From Squalus acanthias (Eukaryota): DNA of 64,000 nucleotides. Each line of letters begins with the position of its first letter. Position 1 is the stretch's first letter. The notes under the pieces are model-generated. The model had not been told where the DNA came from, did no database searches, and saw only the letters and a list, made by a program, of their open reading frames with translations. This document shows, in pieces, positions 12,146-23,959 of this stretch. The stretch covers positions 8,122,001 to 8,186,000 of the forward strand of contig CM059432.1 in assembly GCA_030390025.1 (NCBI GenBank), read 5' to 3'. A program made the position numbers and the translations under genes.

Positions 12146-12358
12146 CGTGAGGTTGTCTGTGGGCGTGCAGTAGTGTGAAGTGCTGAGGTGTCCGTCTTTG
12201 ATGGAGATTCGTGTGTCCTAGTGGACACCATCCACACCTGTGATTGCCGTGATTATCTCTCTGCCGAGGTGTGATAAAGGGCAGTTGGAAAGATTAACTG
12301 TAATCATCTGGCAGTGTTCTCTGACTATATATGCTGTGCCTATATGCATCTCTTCACT

Positions 12359-12395
12359 TCACCTGACGAAGGAGCAGCGCTCCGAAAGCTAGTGA
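12359..12395 (+). ncRNA. Minimal type I hammerhead ribozyme (PLE family B)
   Basis: TCAC-CTGACGA-a-GGAGC-agc-GCTCC-GAAA-GCT-A-GTGA. Confidence 0.85.
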
Positions 12396-12529
12396 TTTCA
12401 AATAAAGCTGTTGGACTATAACCTGGTGTTGTGCGACTTCTCACATTTGTCCCCCTTCTTAAAGGGAAGGGGCCTTGCGCAGTGTGACCCGAGGCCCAGC
12501 TGGGCCCCCGGGGATCGGGAATGCCAGCA

Positions 12530-15358
12530 AAAGATGTTAACGGATACGATGTGATTGGGATTACAGAGACGTGGCTCCAGAACAATCAAGGCTGGGAACT
12601 GAACATCCAGGGGTATTCAACATTCAGAAAGGATAGAATAAAAGGAAAAGGGGGTGGGGTAGCATTGCTGGTTAAAGAGGAGATTAATGCAATAGCTAGG
12701 AAGGACATCAGCTTGGAGGATGTGGAATCAATATGGGTTGAGCTGCAGAACACCAAAGGGCAGAAAACGTTAGTGGGAGTTGTGTACAGACCTCCAAACA
12801 GCAGTAGTGAGGTGGGGGAGGGTATGAAACAGGAAATCAGAGGTGCGTGCAAAAAAGGCACGGCAGTTATCATGGGTGACTTTAATATGCATATAGATTG
12901 GGCTACTCAAACTGGAAGCAATACGGTGGAGGAGGATTTCCTGGAGTGTTTAAGGGATGGTTTCCTAAACCAATATGTTGAGGAACCAACTCGAGGGGAG
13001 GCCATCCTGGACTGGGTGTTGTGTAATGAGGAAGGACTAATCAGCAATCTTGTGGTACGAGGCCCCCTGGGGAAGAGTGACCATAGTATGGTGGAGTTCT
13101 ACATTAGGATGGAGAAGGAAACAGTTAAGTCAGAGACCATGGTCCAGAACTTAAATAAGGGCAACTTTGAGGGTATGAGGCATGAATTGGCGAGGTTAAA
13201 TTGGCAAGCGATATTTAAGGGGCTATCAGTGGAAGGGCAATGGCAGACATTTAGAGATCGCATGGATGAACTACAAAAATTGTACATCCCGGTCTGGCAT
13301 AAAAATAAAAAAGGGAAGGTGGCTCAACCATGGCTAACAAGGGAAATCAGGGATAGTATTAAAACCAAGGAAGTTGCATACAAATTGGCCAGAAGTAGCA
13401 GCAAACCCGGGGACTGGGAGAACTTCAAAACTCAGCAGAGGAGGACAAAGGGCAGGGAAAATAAAATATGAAAGGAAGCTTGCAGAGAACATTAAAATGG
13501 ACTGCAAAAGCTTCTATAAATATGTAAAAAGAAAGAGGTTAGTAAAAACAAACGTAGGTCCCCTGCAGTCGGAAACAGGGGAAGTCGTAATGGGGAACAA
13601 GGAAATGGCAGATCAATTGAACAAGTACTTTGGTTCGGTGTTTACTGTGGAGGACACGCACAACCTGCCGGAAATAAAAGGGGTCAGAAGATCTGGTAAG
13701 AGGGAGGAGCTGAGGGAAATCCTTATTAGTCGGGAAAAGGTATTGGGGAAATTGATGGGACTGAAGGCTGAAAAATCCCCGGGGCCTGATGGTCTGCATC
13801 CCAGAGTACTTAAGGAGGTGGCCTTGGAAATAGTGGATGCATTGACGATCATTTTCCAACATTCCTTAGACTCTGGATCAGTTCCGATGGAGTGGAGGGT
13901 GGCCAATGTAACTCCTCTTTTTAAAAAAGGAGGGAGGGAGAAAGCAGGGAATTATAGACCGGTCAGCCTGACATCGGTCGTGGGTAACATGATGGAAGCA
14001 ATTATTAAAGATGTCATAACAGACCATTTGGAAAGTGGCGACATGATAGGTCCAAGTCAGCATGGATTTGTGAAAGGGAAATCATGCTTGACAAATCTTC
14101 TGGAATTTTTTGAGGATGTTTCCAATAGGGTGGACAGGGGGGAACCAGTAGATGTGGTGTATTTGGACTTTCAGAAGGCCTTCGACAAGGTCCCACACAA
14201 GAGATTGGTGAGCAAAGTTAAAGCACATGGGATTGGGGGTAATGTGTTGACGTGGATTGAGAACTGGTTGGCACACAGGAAACAAAGAGTAGGAGTAAAT
14301 GGGTACTTTTCAGAATGGCAGGCAGTGACCAGCGGGGTACCGCAGGGTTCGGTGCTGGGACCCCAGCTGTTTACATTATATATTAATGATTTGGACGAAG
14401 GGATTAAATGTAATATCTCCAAATTTGCGGATGACACTAAATTGGGAGGCAGTGTGAACAATGAGGAGGATGCTAGGAGGCTACAGAGTGACTTGGACAG
14501 GTTGGGTGAATGGGCAAATGTATGGCAGATGAAGTACAATGTGGATAAATGTGAGGTTATCCACTTTGGTGGTAAAAATAGAGAGGCGGACTATTACCTG
14601 AATGGTAGCAGATTAGGGAAAGGGGAGGTGCAACAAGACCTGGGCGTCATGGTACATCAGTCACTGAAGGTGGGAATGCAAGTGCAGCAGGCAGTCAAGA
14701 AAGCAAACGGAATGATGGCCTTCATAGTAAGGGGATTTGAGTACAGGAGTAGGGAGGTGATGCTGCAGTTGTACAGGGCCTTGGTGAGGCCACACCTGGA
14801 GTATTGTGCGCAGTTTTGGTCTCCTAACTTAAGGAAGGACATTCTTGCTATTGAGGGAGTGCAGCGAAGGTTCACTAGATTGATTCCTGGGATGGCCGGA
14901 CTGACATATCAAGAAAGATTGGGTCAACTGAACTTGTATCCTCTGGAGTTCAGAAGAATGAGGGGGGATCTTATAGAGACATTTAAAATCCTGTCTGGTT
15001 TAGACAAATTAGATGCGGGCAGAATGTTCCCAATGTTAGGGAAAACTAGAACCAGGGGTCACAGTCTAAGGATTAAGGGGAAGCCATTTAAGACTGAGCT
15101 GAGGAGGAACTTCTTCACCCAGAGAGTGGTGAATCTGTGGAATTCTCTTCCACAGAAGGTTATTGAGGCCAGTTCGCTAAATATATTCAAAAGGGAGTTA
15201 GATATAATACTCACAACTAGGGGGATCAAGGGGTATGGCGAGAAAGCAGGAATGGGGTACTGAGGTAGCATGTTCAGCCATGAACGCATTGAATGGCGGT
15301 GCAGGCTCGAAGGACCGAATGGTCTACTCCTGTACCTATTTTCTATGTTTCTATGTTT
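12530..15358 (+). mobile_element. CR1 LINE, 5'-truncated; ORF2 (APE endonuclease + RT) with one frameshift near 13453
   Basis: ORFs 12521-13471 (GITETW, VYRPP, GDFN, SDH) and 13374-15263 (PGPDG, QHGF, GVPQGS, FADD); (TTTCTATG)n tail. Confidence 0.95.
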
Positions 15359-16517
15359 CAGGAGGCCGGGGATGGGAGTGGAGGTAGGTGCTGGCAGGCA
15401 GCCAGCAACAAAAATGGTCGTCCTACACCTCGCCTTTAAATAGCGCCTCCCTGGCCGCAGGTAGGCCTCCCTGACTCCGTCGGGCATAGCATCTGCCGGT
15501 AAGTCAGGGGGTGCTCCCGAAGTTCGCGGCCGGGGCGCGAGTGGGGTGCTGTGCACGGCGATGACGTCATCGCTGGCGGCGCAGTGCCGTGGGGCGCTAC
15601 CGGTTAGCGCCGCCGCTAACCTCCTGCTGAATTTCGCGGGAGGTGTGGGCGGCGCCGCGCCCATGCGCTAGTTGCTTTGCGCCCCGTTAGCGTCCTCTTA
15701 GGGCGCTAACGGGAGGCGTAAAGCAACCCAATTGTTCCCCCTACACTGTTCCTGCGACAGACTGTGTACAAGCTACCCTATCATGGACTCTATTCCATCC
15801 ATTTACTTTCTTGAGGAAATGTCCTGCAAAATATCTCCCATAGTCAAATGCAGTGAACTCCAAAATATCTATCTAACCTTATATCCTACATTATTCCTCC
15901 ATGCCTGGTTACCTCCTGATGCAGCTATTGCACTGTTTCATAGTAGAATCACAATGCAGGATATTTCAGGGGTAAAAGTGGAATTCCAATTTTTATTTCA
16001 TGATGTTCTACCCCAACTGCGTATAGTGATATTTATTGCTAATGCAGGAGAAATGTATTTTTAAAGAGATGCTGCCGTCATTTGTTCAGGGGCTGTTTGA
16101 GTGCCCATTTTTAGATTGACATAGACCACTTATTTTTGCTTGAGTGAAAATACTGCTTTTAGCTTCTGCTGCCGTGAGTGCCAGACACTAACATGAGGCT
16201 ATCAGAGAGGAGATATTACACCTCCCTCTCAGGAGTGAAGAAGACCCATATGTGTTAAAGGTCTTTTTCGCGAGTGGAAGAACAGGCGAATTGATCCTTT
16301 GGCTGTTGGAATCTGGTTACTCTGGAGCCACACCGACTTATTACAATTATTCATCAATTAATTCCAGATTCTGCTGTTTGTGTTGCTCAAAAAATGGCAA
16401 TCTCTAACTTTTGTGATGGAACCATTTTAAACTTTTAAAACAAATATATCTTAAGTTATCTTCTTCCCTTTTTCCAGACTTGGGAACATTACTAGAAAAG
16501 AACTGTAGATGATAACA

Positions 16518-17214
16518 ACAGCAAAATACTGCGGATGCTGGAAATCTGAAATAAAAACAGAAAATGCTGGAAATACTCAGCAGGTCAGGCAGCATCCGTG
16601 GAGAGAGAAACAGAGTTAACGTTTCAGGTCGATGACCCTTCGTCAGAACTGGAAAAAGTTGGAGATGGAACAGGTTTTTAAGCAAGTGTAGGGGCAGGGA
16701 AAGGGGGGAGGGGAGGAAAGAACAAAAGGGAAGGTCTGTGATAGGATGGAAGGCAGGAGAGATTAAAAGACAAAAGGGATGATGGTGCAAGGCAAAAGGA
16801 GATGGTAATGGGACAAGTTAAGAAACAAATCATGGCTCTAGATGAAGTGTAAATGGCACTGGCAGAATGAAAGACAGCTGCCATGTGTGAGAGAGAAAAA
16901 AAAATAGGGGCAGAGGTTATGATCTGAAATTGTTGAACTCGATGTTGAGTCCAGAAGGTTGTAAAATGCCTAATGGAAAGATGAGGTGCTGTTCCTCGAG
17001 CTTACGTTGAGCTTCGTTGGAACAGTGTTAGAGGCCGAGGACGGAGAGGTCAGAGTGGGAGTGGAGCGGAGAATTAAAGAGCTTAAAAACCTGTTAAATC
17101 TCCAACTTTTTCCAGTTCTGACGAAGGGTCATCGACCTGAAAAGTTGACTCTGTTTCTCTCTCCACAGATGCTGCCTGACCTGCTGAGTATTTCCAGCAT
17201 TTTCTGTTTTTATT
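16518..17214 (-). mobile_element. Penelope-like family A 3' end (16518-~17078, minus) with short inverted pLTR (~17079-17214, plus)
   Basis: Homologous to 8460-8970; exact 14-bp TSD TGTAGATGATAACA (16504-16517, 17215-17228). Confidence 0.9.
16614..16650 (-). ncRNA. Minimal type I hammerhead ribozyme (PLE family A)
   Basis: AGTT-CTGACGA-a-GGGTC-atc-GACCT-GAAA-CGT-T-AACT; palindromic ACGT stem III. Confidence 0.8.
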
Positions 17215-17619
17215 TGTAGATGATAACATTTCTATTGACTGTGTAATATTTCAGTAACATTCAGGGTTATTAGTGGGTTCACGCATGTGAAAGACACCAG
17301 TTTAATTTTTAAATGCCCTGTCTCCTAAATACACAGAAAGCCAATATTCTCTTCTTTTCTACATGCTTAAATGTAGTTAAAATTAGCGAGAGTGAAATAA
17401 TTCTAAAATTCAAAATGAGTGCCATTTCCTGTAAACTGTAAGAATCTGCCCTTTATTTTATTATCCTACTAATTTGCTGATGGAAAATCTTCTACTTTAT
17501 GCTAATTGCACAACCCATAGGATCAGGGTTCAGGTTTTGGATACACTGCAGAATGGAATCTTGCTAGTTTTAAATTTTATTGAATGAGAAAACTGCTAAT
17601 CAACAATTGTCCCAGGAGC

Positions 17620-18217
17620 AGGGGGGGGTTATGCTTCAACTGTATAAAACACTAGTTAGGCCTCAGCTAGAGTACTGCGTGCAGTTCTGGTCACCACATT
17701 ACAGGAAAGATGTGATTGCACTAGAGAGGGTACAGAGGAGATTTACAAGGATGCTGCCGGGAGTAGAGAATCTTAGCTATGAGGAAAGACTGGATAGGCT
17801 GGGTCTGTTTTCATTGGAACAGAGGAGGCTGAGGGGAGACCTTATTGAGGTGTATAAAATTATGAGGGGCATAGATAAAGTGGATAGAAAGGACCTATTT
17901 CCCTTAGCAGGGAGGTCAAAAACCAGGGGGCACAGATTTAAAGTAATTGGTGGAAGGTTTAGCGGGATTTGAGGGGAAATTTCTTCACCCAGAGGGTTGT
18001 GGGGGTCTGGAACTCACTGCCTGAAAGGGTGGTAGAGGCAGGAACCCTAACCACATTTAAAAAGTACTTGGATGTGCACTTGGGATGCTGTAACCTGCAG
18101 GGCTACGGACCAAGAGCTGGGAAGTGGGATTAGGTTGGATAGATCTTTGTTGGCTGGCGCGGACACGATGGGCTGAATGGCCTCCTTCCATGCTGTAACT
18201 TTCTATGATTCTATGAT
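17620..18217 (+). mobile_element. CR1 LINE 3' end
   Basis: ORF 17580-17972 (LVRPQLEYCVQFWSP...), (ATTCTATG)n tail. Confidence 0.9.
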
Positions 18218-18613
18218 TGTTTCCTTTAGGAACTGGGGAGACAAGTGAGCAACCCAATAACAAATTTCTTTGTAGGACATTTTTTGTATCATCCTGCTGA
18301 TGATCTCCGTTCATCAAAAAAATGAATTTCCCTTTATCTGTAAGATCCAAGTAAAATGGTGCTGCTTCCCTTTTCTGCAGAAGAGCAACCAGGCCTATTC
18401 TTAGACTGTTGGGTGTAAAGCTCTTCAGACAAGTTTGTGCATGACACTAATCACACACACTTACTACTGAGCTGATCGTGCTATACTTCTGGATCTATTG
18501 AGGGAGGGCGATTTCCATCAATCTGTTGTTTATAAACAGGATGACAATTTCAGTGCAGCCATTACTCAGGGGAAACTTTGCCCCAGATGTTTCTTGAAAT
18601 TTTTCAATTTTAA

Positions 18614-19275
18614 TGGGGCGTATTTTCCGATCGGAGGCTTCCCGCGCGCTGAAGCCTCCGATCTGGAAAAAAATCTATGCACTTACCTGAGGGCTCCCGA
18701 GGTGCGTATACTTCCGCTCCTGGGCCTCTCCAAACTCGAAATGCGCAGGGCCCACGGATCCCAGAGGCGCAGGCGGTTCGCAAGCATCCCTGGGATCACG
18801 TGGGCCATGGGGAGCCAATCAGAGAAGGGAATCTCCCTTCATACACTTGACAGACAGACCTGTCAAATATATGAATGGAGATCACCCCAAAAACACTGTA
18901 AAACATTAAATACATTTTAAAAAAACATCACATTTTTAAAATTAGTTGAAATTACAATAAATTAAATATTTTAAACAAAAATTTAATTTTACAGGGCTAA
19001 AAAAAAACGTACCTTTTTTCTTAAAGTATTTTTAAATGATAAAAGACTGAATTTTTTTTTTAACTTTTTTCAACTCTTATCCTGGTAAAAGCAGGCCTTA
19101 CACCTGCTTTTACCAGGCATAAGAATTGTAAGGGTTTTCTGCGGGCGGAGGGTCTCCAGATAGCGGAACTCTCCGCCCGCAGAGGCCCTTCTCCAGGCCA
19201 GCCGGAGGATCTGTCAAGACCATTCTTGACAGATCGGAAATGCCGGTTTTAAGCGCATGCGCTGTGCATGCCAAT
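18614..19275. mobile_element. Harbinger-type MITE, family C (related to family B)
   Basis: Shares the CCCTGGGATCACGTGGGCC...AGCCAAT motif, central hairpin and AT-rich core with family B; inverted homologue at 48335-49092. Confidence 0.6.
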
Positions 19276-19364
19276 ATTTCTACGAGCAGAAATAAGCCAT
19301 GTGGTCTGTGTAACTGTGGTTGCTGACCATAAAGGACAGAAAATGGTGATACAGATAAGACATA

Positions 19365-19900
19365 GCCCATAGAACCGTAGCCATTTACAGCACAAAGGAG
19401 GCCATTCAACCCATAATATCTATGCTGGCTCTTTGCTGTTTTGCTGGAACAATCAAAAACGAATTCTACTGCCCCACCCTCTCCCCATAATCCCTGTATT
19501 TTGCTCTCCCTCAAATACATATCCAATTTTCCCTTAAAAGATGTACTGGTCTCTGCTTCAACTACTCCCTATAGCCGAATTCCATGCACCAACAATCTAC
19601 TGCACAAAGAAATTCCTCCTAATGCTGCTTCTCCGTTTCTTAGTGACAATTTAAATTCAGGACCCCTGGTCACTCACTCCCCAACCAAATTAAATAGTTT
19701 TCCCCTATTCACTCTATCAAAGACCTTCATAACTTTGAAAACCTCCATTGAATCTCCTCTTAGCCTTCTTTCCAGTGGAAACATTGCCGGTATCTCAAGT
19801 CTCTCCTCATAACTATAGATTCTCATCCCTGGCATCATCCCATGGAATCTTCATTGTGTGCCCTTTATGGCTTTAATGTCCTTTCTATAATGGGGTGCCC
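19365..19900 (-). mobile_element. Degenerate CR1 3' end
   Basis: Degenerate CATAGAA tail, GGAGGCCATTC stem-loop region and CR1 C-terminal coding remnants. Confidence 0.7.
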
Positions 19901-20287
19901 CAAAGGTGTACTCGGCACTCTAAGATAAAATCAGAAACTGCTGGAAATATACAGCAGGTCAGTTAACACCTGAAAAGAGAAAAGATAGGTTATGACGTTT
20001 GAGGCGTGCACCCTTTATCGGACTGAGCGCTGCACTGAAAGATAAACAGGAATTTTAGTAAGGGTGGAAAAATACAGTAGAAGAAAGGGAGGGGGGGGGG
20101 AAGAACTGACAGATAAATTAATCAATCACAGAGAGGAAATTAATGTGTTAAATGACCTGCCAGGTGCTGACTGACCAGCTGCGTACTTCATAGATACATA
20201 GATACATAGAAGATAGGAGCAGGAGTAGGCCATCCGGCCCTTCGAGCCTGCTCCGCCATTTAATGAGATCATGGCTGATCCTCCAAT

Positions 20288-23156
20288 TCAGTATCCCGTC
20301 CCCGCCTTCTCTCCGTAACCCTTAACCCCTTTCGCCTGTAGAAATATATCTAATTCCCTCTTAAATATATTTAATGAGCTGGCGTACACTGCCCTCTGTG
20401 GCAATGAGTTCCACAGGTTCACCACCCTCTGAGTGAAGAAATTCCCCCTCATTTCTGTCCTAAATGGTTTAGCCCTTATCCTTAAATTATGTCCTCTAGT
20501 TCTGTTCTCACCCGCCAAGGGAAACATTCCTTCTGCATCTAGTCTGTCTAGACCTGTCAGAATTTTATACACTTCTATGAGGTCCCCTCTCAATCTTCTA
20601 AACTCCAGTGTGTACATCCCTAAACTACATAGTCTCTCCTCATAGGTCAATCCCGCCATTCCTGGTATCAGCCTGGTGAATCGCCGCTGCACCCCCTCCA
20701 TGGCAAGAACATCTTTCCTCAGATGAGGCGACCAAAACTGTACACAGTACTCGAGGTGTGGTCTCACCAGTGCCCTGTACAGCTGCAGCAAGGTATCCCT
20801 GTTCCTGTATTCCAACCCTTTTGCTATGAAGGCCAGCATACCATTTGCCTTCTTGACCGCCTGATGCACCTGCATGCTCGCCTTCAGTGACTGGTGTACA
20901 AGAACACCCAGGTCTCTCTGTACTTCCCCCTCTCCCAATTTATTGCCATTTAAATAATAATTTGCCCTCCCGTTCCTGCACCCAAGGTGGATAACTTCGC
21001 ACTTGTCCACATTATAGTGCATCTGCCATTTATCTGCCCAATCACCCAGTCTGTCCAAATCGCTCTGGAGCTTCCTGGTCTCCTCCTCTGAGCCCACCCC
21101 CCCTCCTAGTTTAGTGTCGTCTGCAAATTTGGAAATGCTGCATCCGACTCCCTGATCCAGGTCATTAATGTAAATTGTGAACAGCTGGGGACCCAGGACA
21201 GATCCCTGTGGTACCCCACTTGTTACTGCCTGCCATTCAGAAAATGAGCCGTTTATTCCAACTCTTTGTTTTCTATCTGACAGCCAGTTCTCTATCCACG
21301 TCAATACTTTCCCCTTTATCCCATGAGCTTCAATTTTCCATGCTAATCTTTTATGTGGGACCTTGTCGAAGGCCTTTTGGAAGTCCAGGTACACCACATC
21401 TACTTGCTCTCCCCCATCTATTTTACCAGTTACTCCCTCAAAAAATTCCAATAGATTAGTCAAGCACGATTTACCCTTTGTAAATCCATGTTGACTCTGT
21501 CCTATCCTGTCCCCATTTGCTAAGTGCTCCGCTATTTCATCCTTAATGATGGACTCCAGCATTTTGCCCACAACTGATGTAAGGCTTACAGGTCTGTAAT
21601 TACCTGCTTTTTCCCTACCCCCCTTTTTGAATAGTGGGGTAACATTAGCTACCCTCCAATCCATGGGCACTGTTCCCGAGTCTAATGAATTCTGAAAAAT
21701 CATACTTAGTGCATCCGCTATCTCTAGGGGTAACCTCCTTCAGTACCCTAGGATGCATGTTATCAGGCCCTGGGGATTTGTCCGCCTTCAATCCCTTTAG
21801 CTTCCTTAACACCATATCCTTAGAGATATTGATTTGCGTCAGTTCCTCCTTTGCCAATGTCCCTATTTTTCCCGATATCCCAGGGAGGTTTTTTGTGTCT
21901 TCCTTCGTAAAGACTGACCCAAAGTATGCATTTAGTTGGTCTGCCATTACCTTATTTCCCGTTATATATTCCCCCGTATCTGACTGCAATGGACCAACTT
22001 TGGTTTTCACCAGTCTTTTCCTCTTGATATACTTATAAAAGCTTTTGGAGTTAGTTTTTATATTTTCCGCCAGCTTGCTTTCGTAAGCTATTTTGCCCCT
22101 CTTGATTAAGCCCTTTGTCCTCCTTTGCTCTATCTTAAACTGTTCCCAATCTTCCGCTCTGGCGCTTTTTTTGGCTATTTTATACGCCCTATCTTTGGAT
22201 TTTATGCTGTCTCTAATTTCCCCTGTTATCCACGGTTGAGTCACCTTTTTAGATTTCCTTTTATGCCAGATTGGTATAAACAATTTTTGCAATTTTGTCA
22301 TTCTATCTTTAAATGCTTGCCATTGTTTATCTACCTCCAGTCCTCCCAGGAACGTTGTCCAATCAGACCTACTCAGTTCCCGTCTAATGGCATCATAATT
22401 CCCCTCGTTTAAATTCAGGACCTTAGTCTCTGAGTCAATTTCTTCGCTCTCCATTTCGAGTGAGAAATCGATCATGTTATGATCGCTCTGACCCAAGGGT
22501 CCCCGTACAACAAGATTACTAATTAGTCCCTTCTCATTGCACAGTACCCAGTCCAATATAGCCTGTTCCCGAGTTGGTTCCTCGACATATTGATCCAGAT
22601 AACCATCCCTTAAACACTCAAGGAATTCCTCCTCCTCATTATTTTTACTGATTAGGCTAGTCCAATCTATATGTAAGTTAAAGTCACCTATGATGACAGC
22701 TGTGCTCTTATTGCACGCTTCTCTAATTTCCCTCGTGATGCCCTCCCCAACCTCTATTTTACTATTTGGAGGCCTATATACCACTCCTATTAATGTTTTT
22801 CGCCCCTCGCTATTTCTTAGCTCCACCCATATAGATTCTGCATTAACTGAGTTAATATCCTTCCTTTCAATTGCATTTATCCCCTCTTTTACCAGCAATG
22901 CTACCCCTCCTCCCTTTCTTTTTTGTCGATCCTTCCTAAATACTGAATACCCCTGTATGTTAAGCTCCCAGCCCTGCTCACCCTGCAACCATGTTTCCGT
23001 AATCCCAATTAGATCATAATTATTAACCTCTATTTCCACAGCTAATTCATCTACCTTGTTCCTGATGCTTCTCGCATTAAGGTATAAAACCCTCAGGCTT
23101 TTTTTATGCTCACATTTTTTATGAATTAGTTTGGCCCTTTGTTTTTTGTTCCTCAC
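20288..23156 (-). pseudogene. CR1 ORF2 (APE endonuclease + reverse transcriptase), single frameshift near 21730
   Basis: ORFs 21645-23156 (LYLNARSIRNK, GITETW, SDH) and 20288-21703 (FADD); the sister copy at 55139 is in frame at this site. Confidence 0.93.
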
Positions 23157-23959
23157 CCTTTTACCATTTATTTCTGTCTGCCTTTCACTTTCCTCTATTT
23201 CACTACATAGGTTTCTAGCCCCCTGCCATACTAGTTTAAATGCTCCCGAACTGCTTTATCAAAAATTACCCCGAGAACATCAGTTCCATCTTTGCACAGG
23301 TGTAGACCGTCCCTTTTGTATAGGTCACACCTACCACAAAACTGGTTCCAATGCCTCAAAAATTTAAAACCCTCCCTCTTACACCACTGCTCAAGCCACG
23401 TATTTAGCCTAACTATCCTGTTCTCTGTACTCTTACTAGCACGTGGCACTGGTAGTAATCCAGAGATTACTACCTTCGAGGTCCTACTTTTTAGCTTGGC
23501 TCCTAACTCCCTAAATTCTACTTGTAGGACCTCTTCCCTTTTTTTTAGCTACGTCGTTGGTACCAACATGTATCACGACAACTGGCTGTTCCCCCTCCCC
23601 CTCCAGAATGTTCTGCACCCGCGCCGAGACATCCTTGACCCTTGCACCAGGGAGGCAACATACCATCCTGGAGTCTCGGTCGCGACCACAGAAACCCCTA
23701 TCTATTCCCCTTACAATCGAATCCCCTATTACTATAGCCCTGCCACTCTTTTTCCCTCCCTTCTTTGCAACAGAGCCAGTCATGGTGCCATGAGCCTGGC
23801 TGCTGGTGCCTTCCCCCGATGAGTCATCCCCCCCGACAACAGCACCTAAGGCGGTGAACCTGTTGCTAAGGGAGACAACCCCAGGGGATTTCTGCACTAC
23901 CTTCCTGCCCTTGCTCTGCCTTTTGGTCACCCATGTACTATCTACGCTGGCCTTAACCT

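Larger units (their letters stand above)
10801..12451 (-). mobile_element. Penelope-like retroelement family B, 5'-truncated, with inverted pseudo-LTR (~12222-12451)
   Basis: ORF 11255-12145 with linker and GIY-YIG (NVVYLIRC...WYIGET...MNGHR); ~230-bp inverted repeat 10840-11069 vs 12222-12451; exact 12-bp TSD CCCCTTCTTAAA (10789-10800, 12452-12463). Confidence 0.92.
10631..15740. mobile_element. GC-rich Harbinger-type non-autonomous element (family D), split by a Penelope-like element and a CR1
   Basis: Segments 10631-10800, 12452-12529 and 15359-15740 join to match the intact inverted copy at 35165-35841; termini GGGCTAAAATT / AATTGTTCCCC. Confidence 0.65.

Noticed and set aside
13539..14875. 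Antisense ORFs over CR1 ORF2
   Set aside because: Shadow frames opposite RT coding sequence that recur over the CR1 copies; no independent evidence of function.
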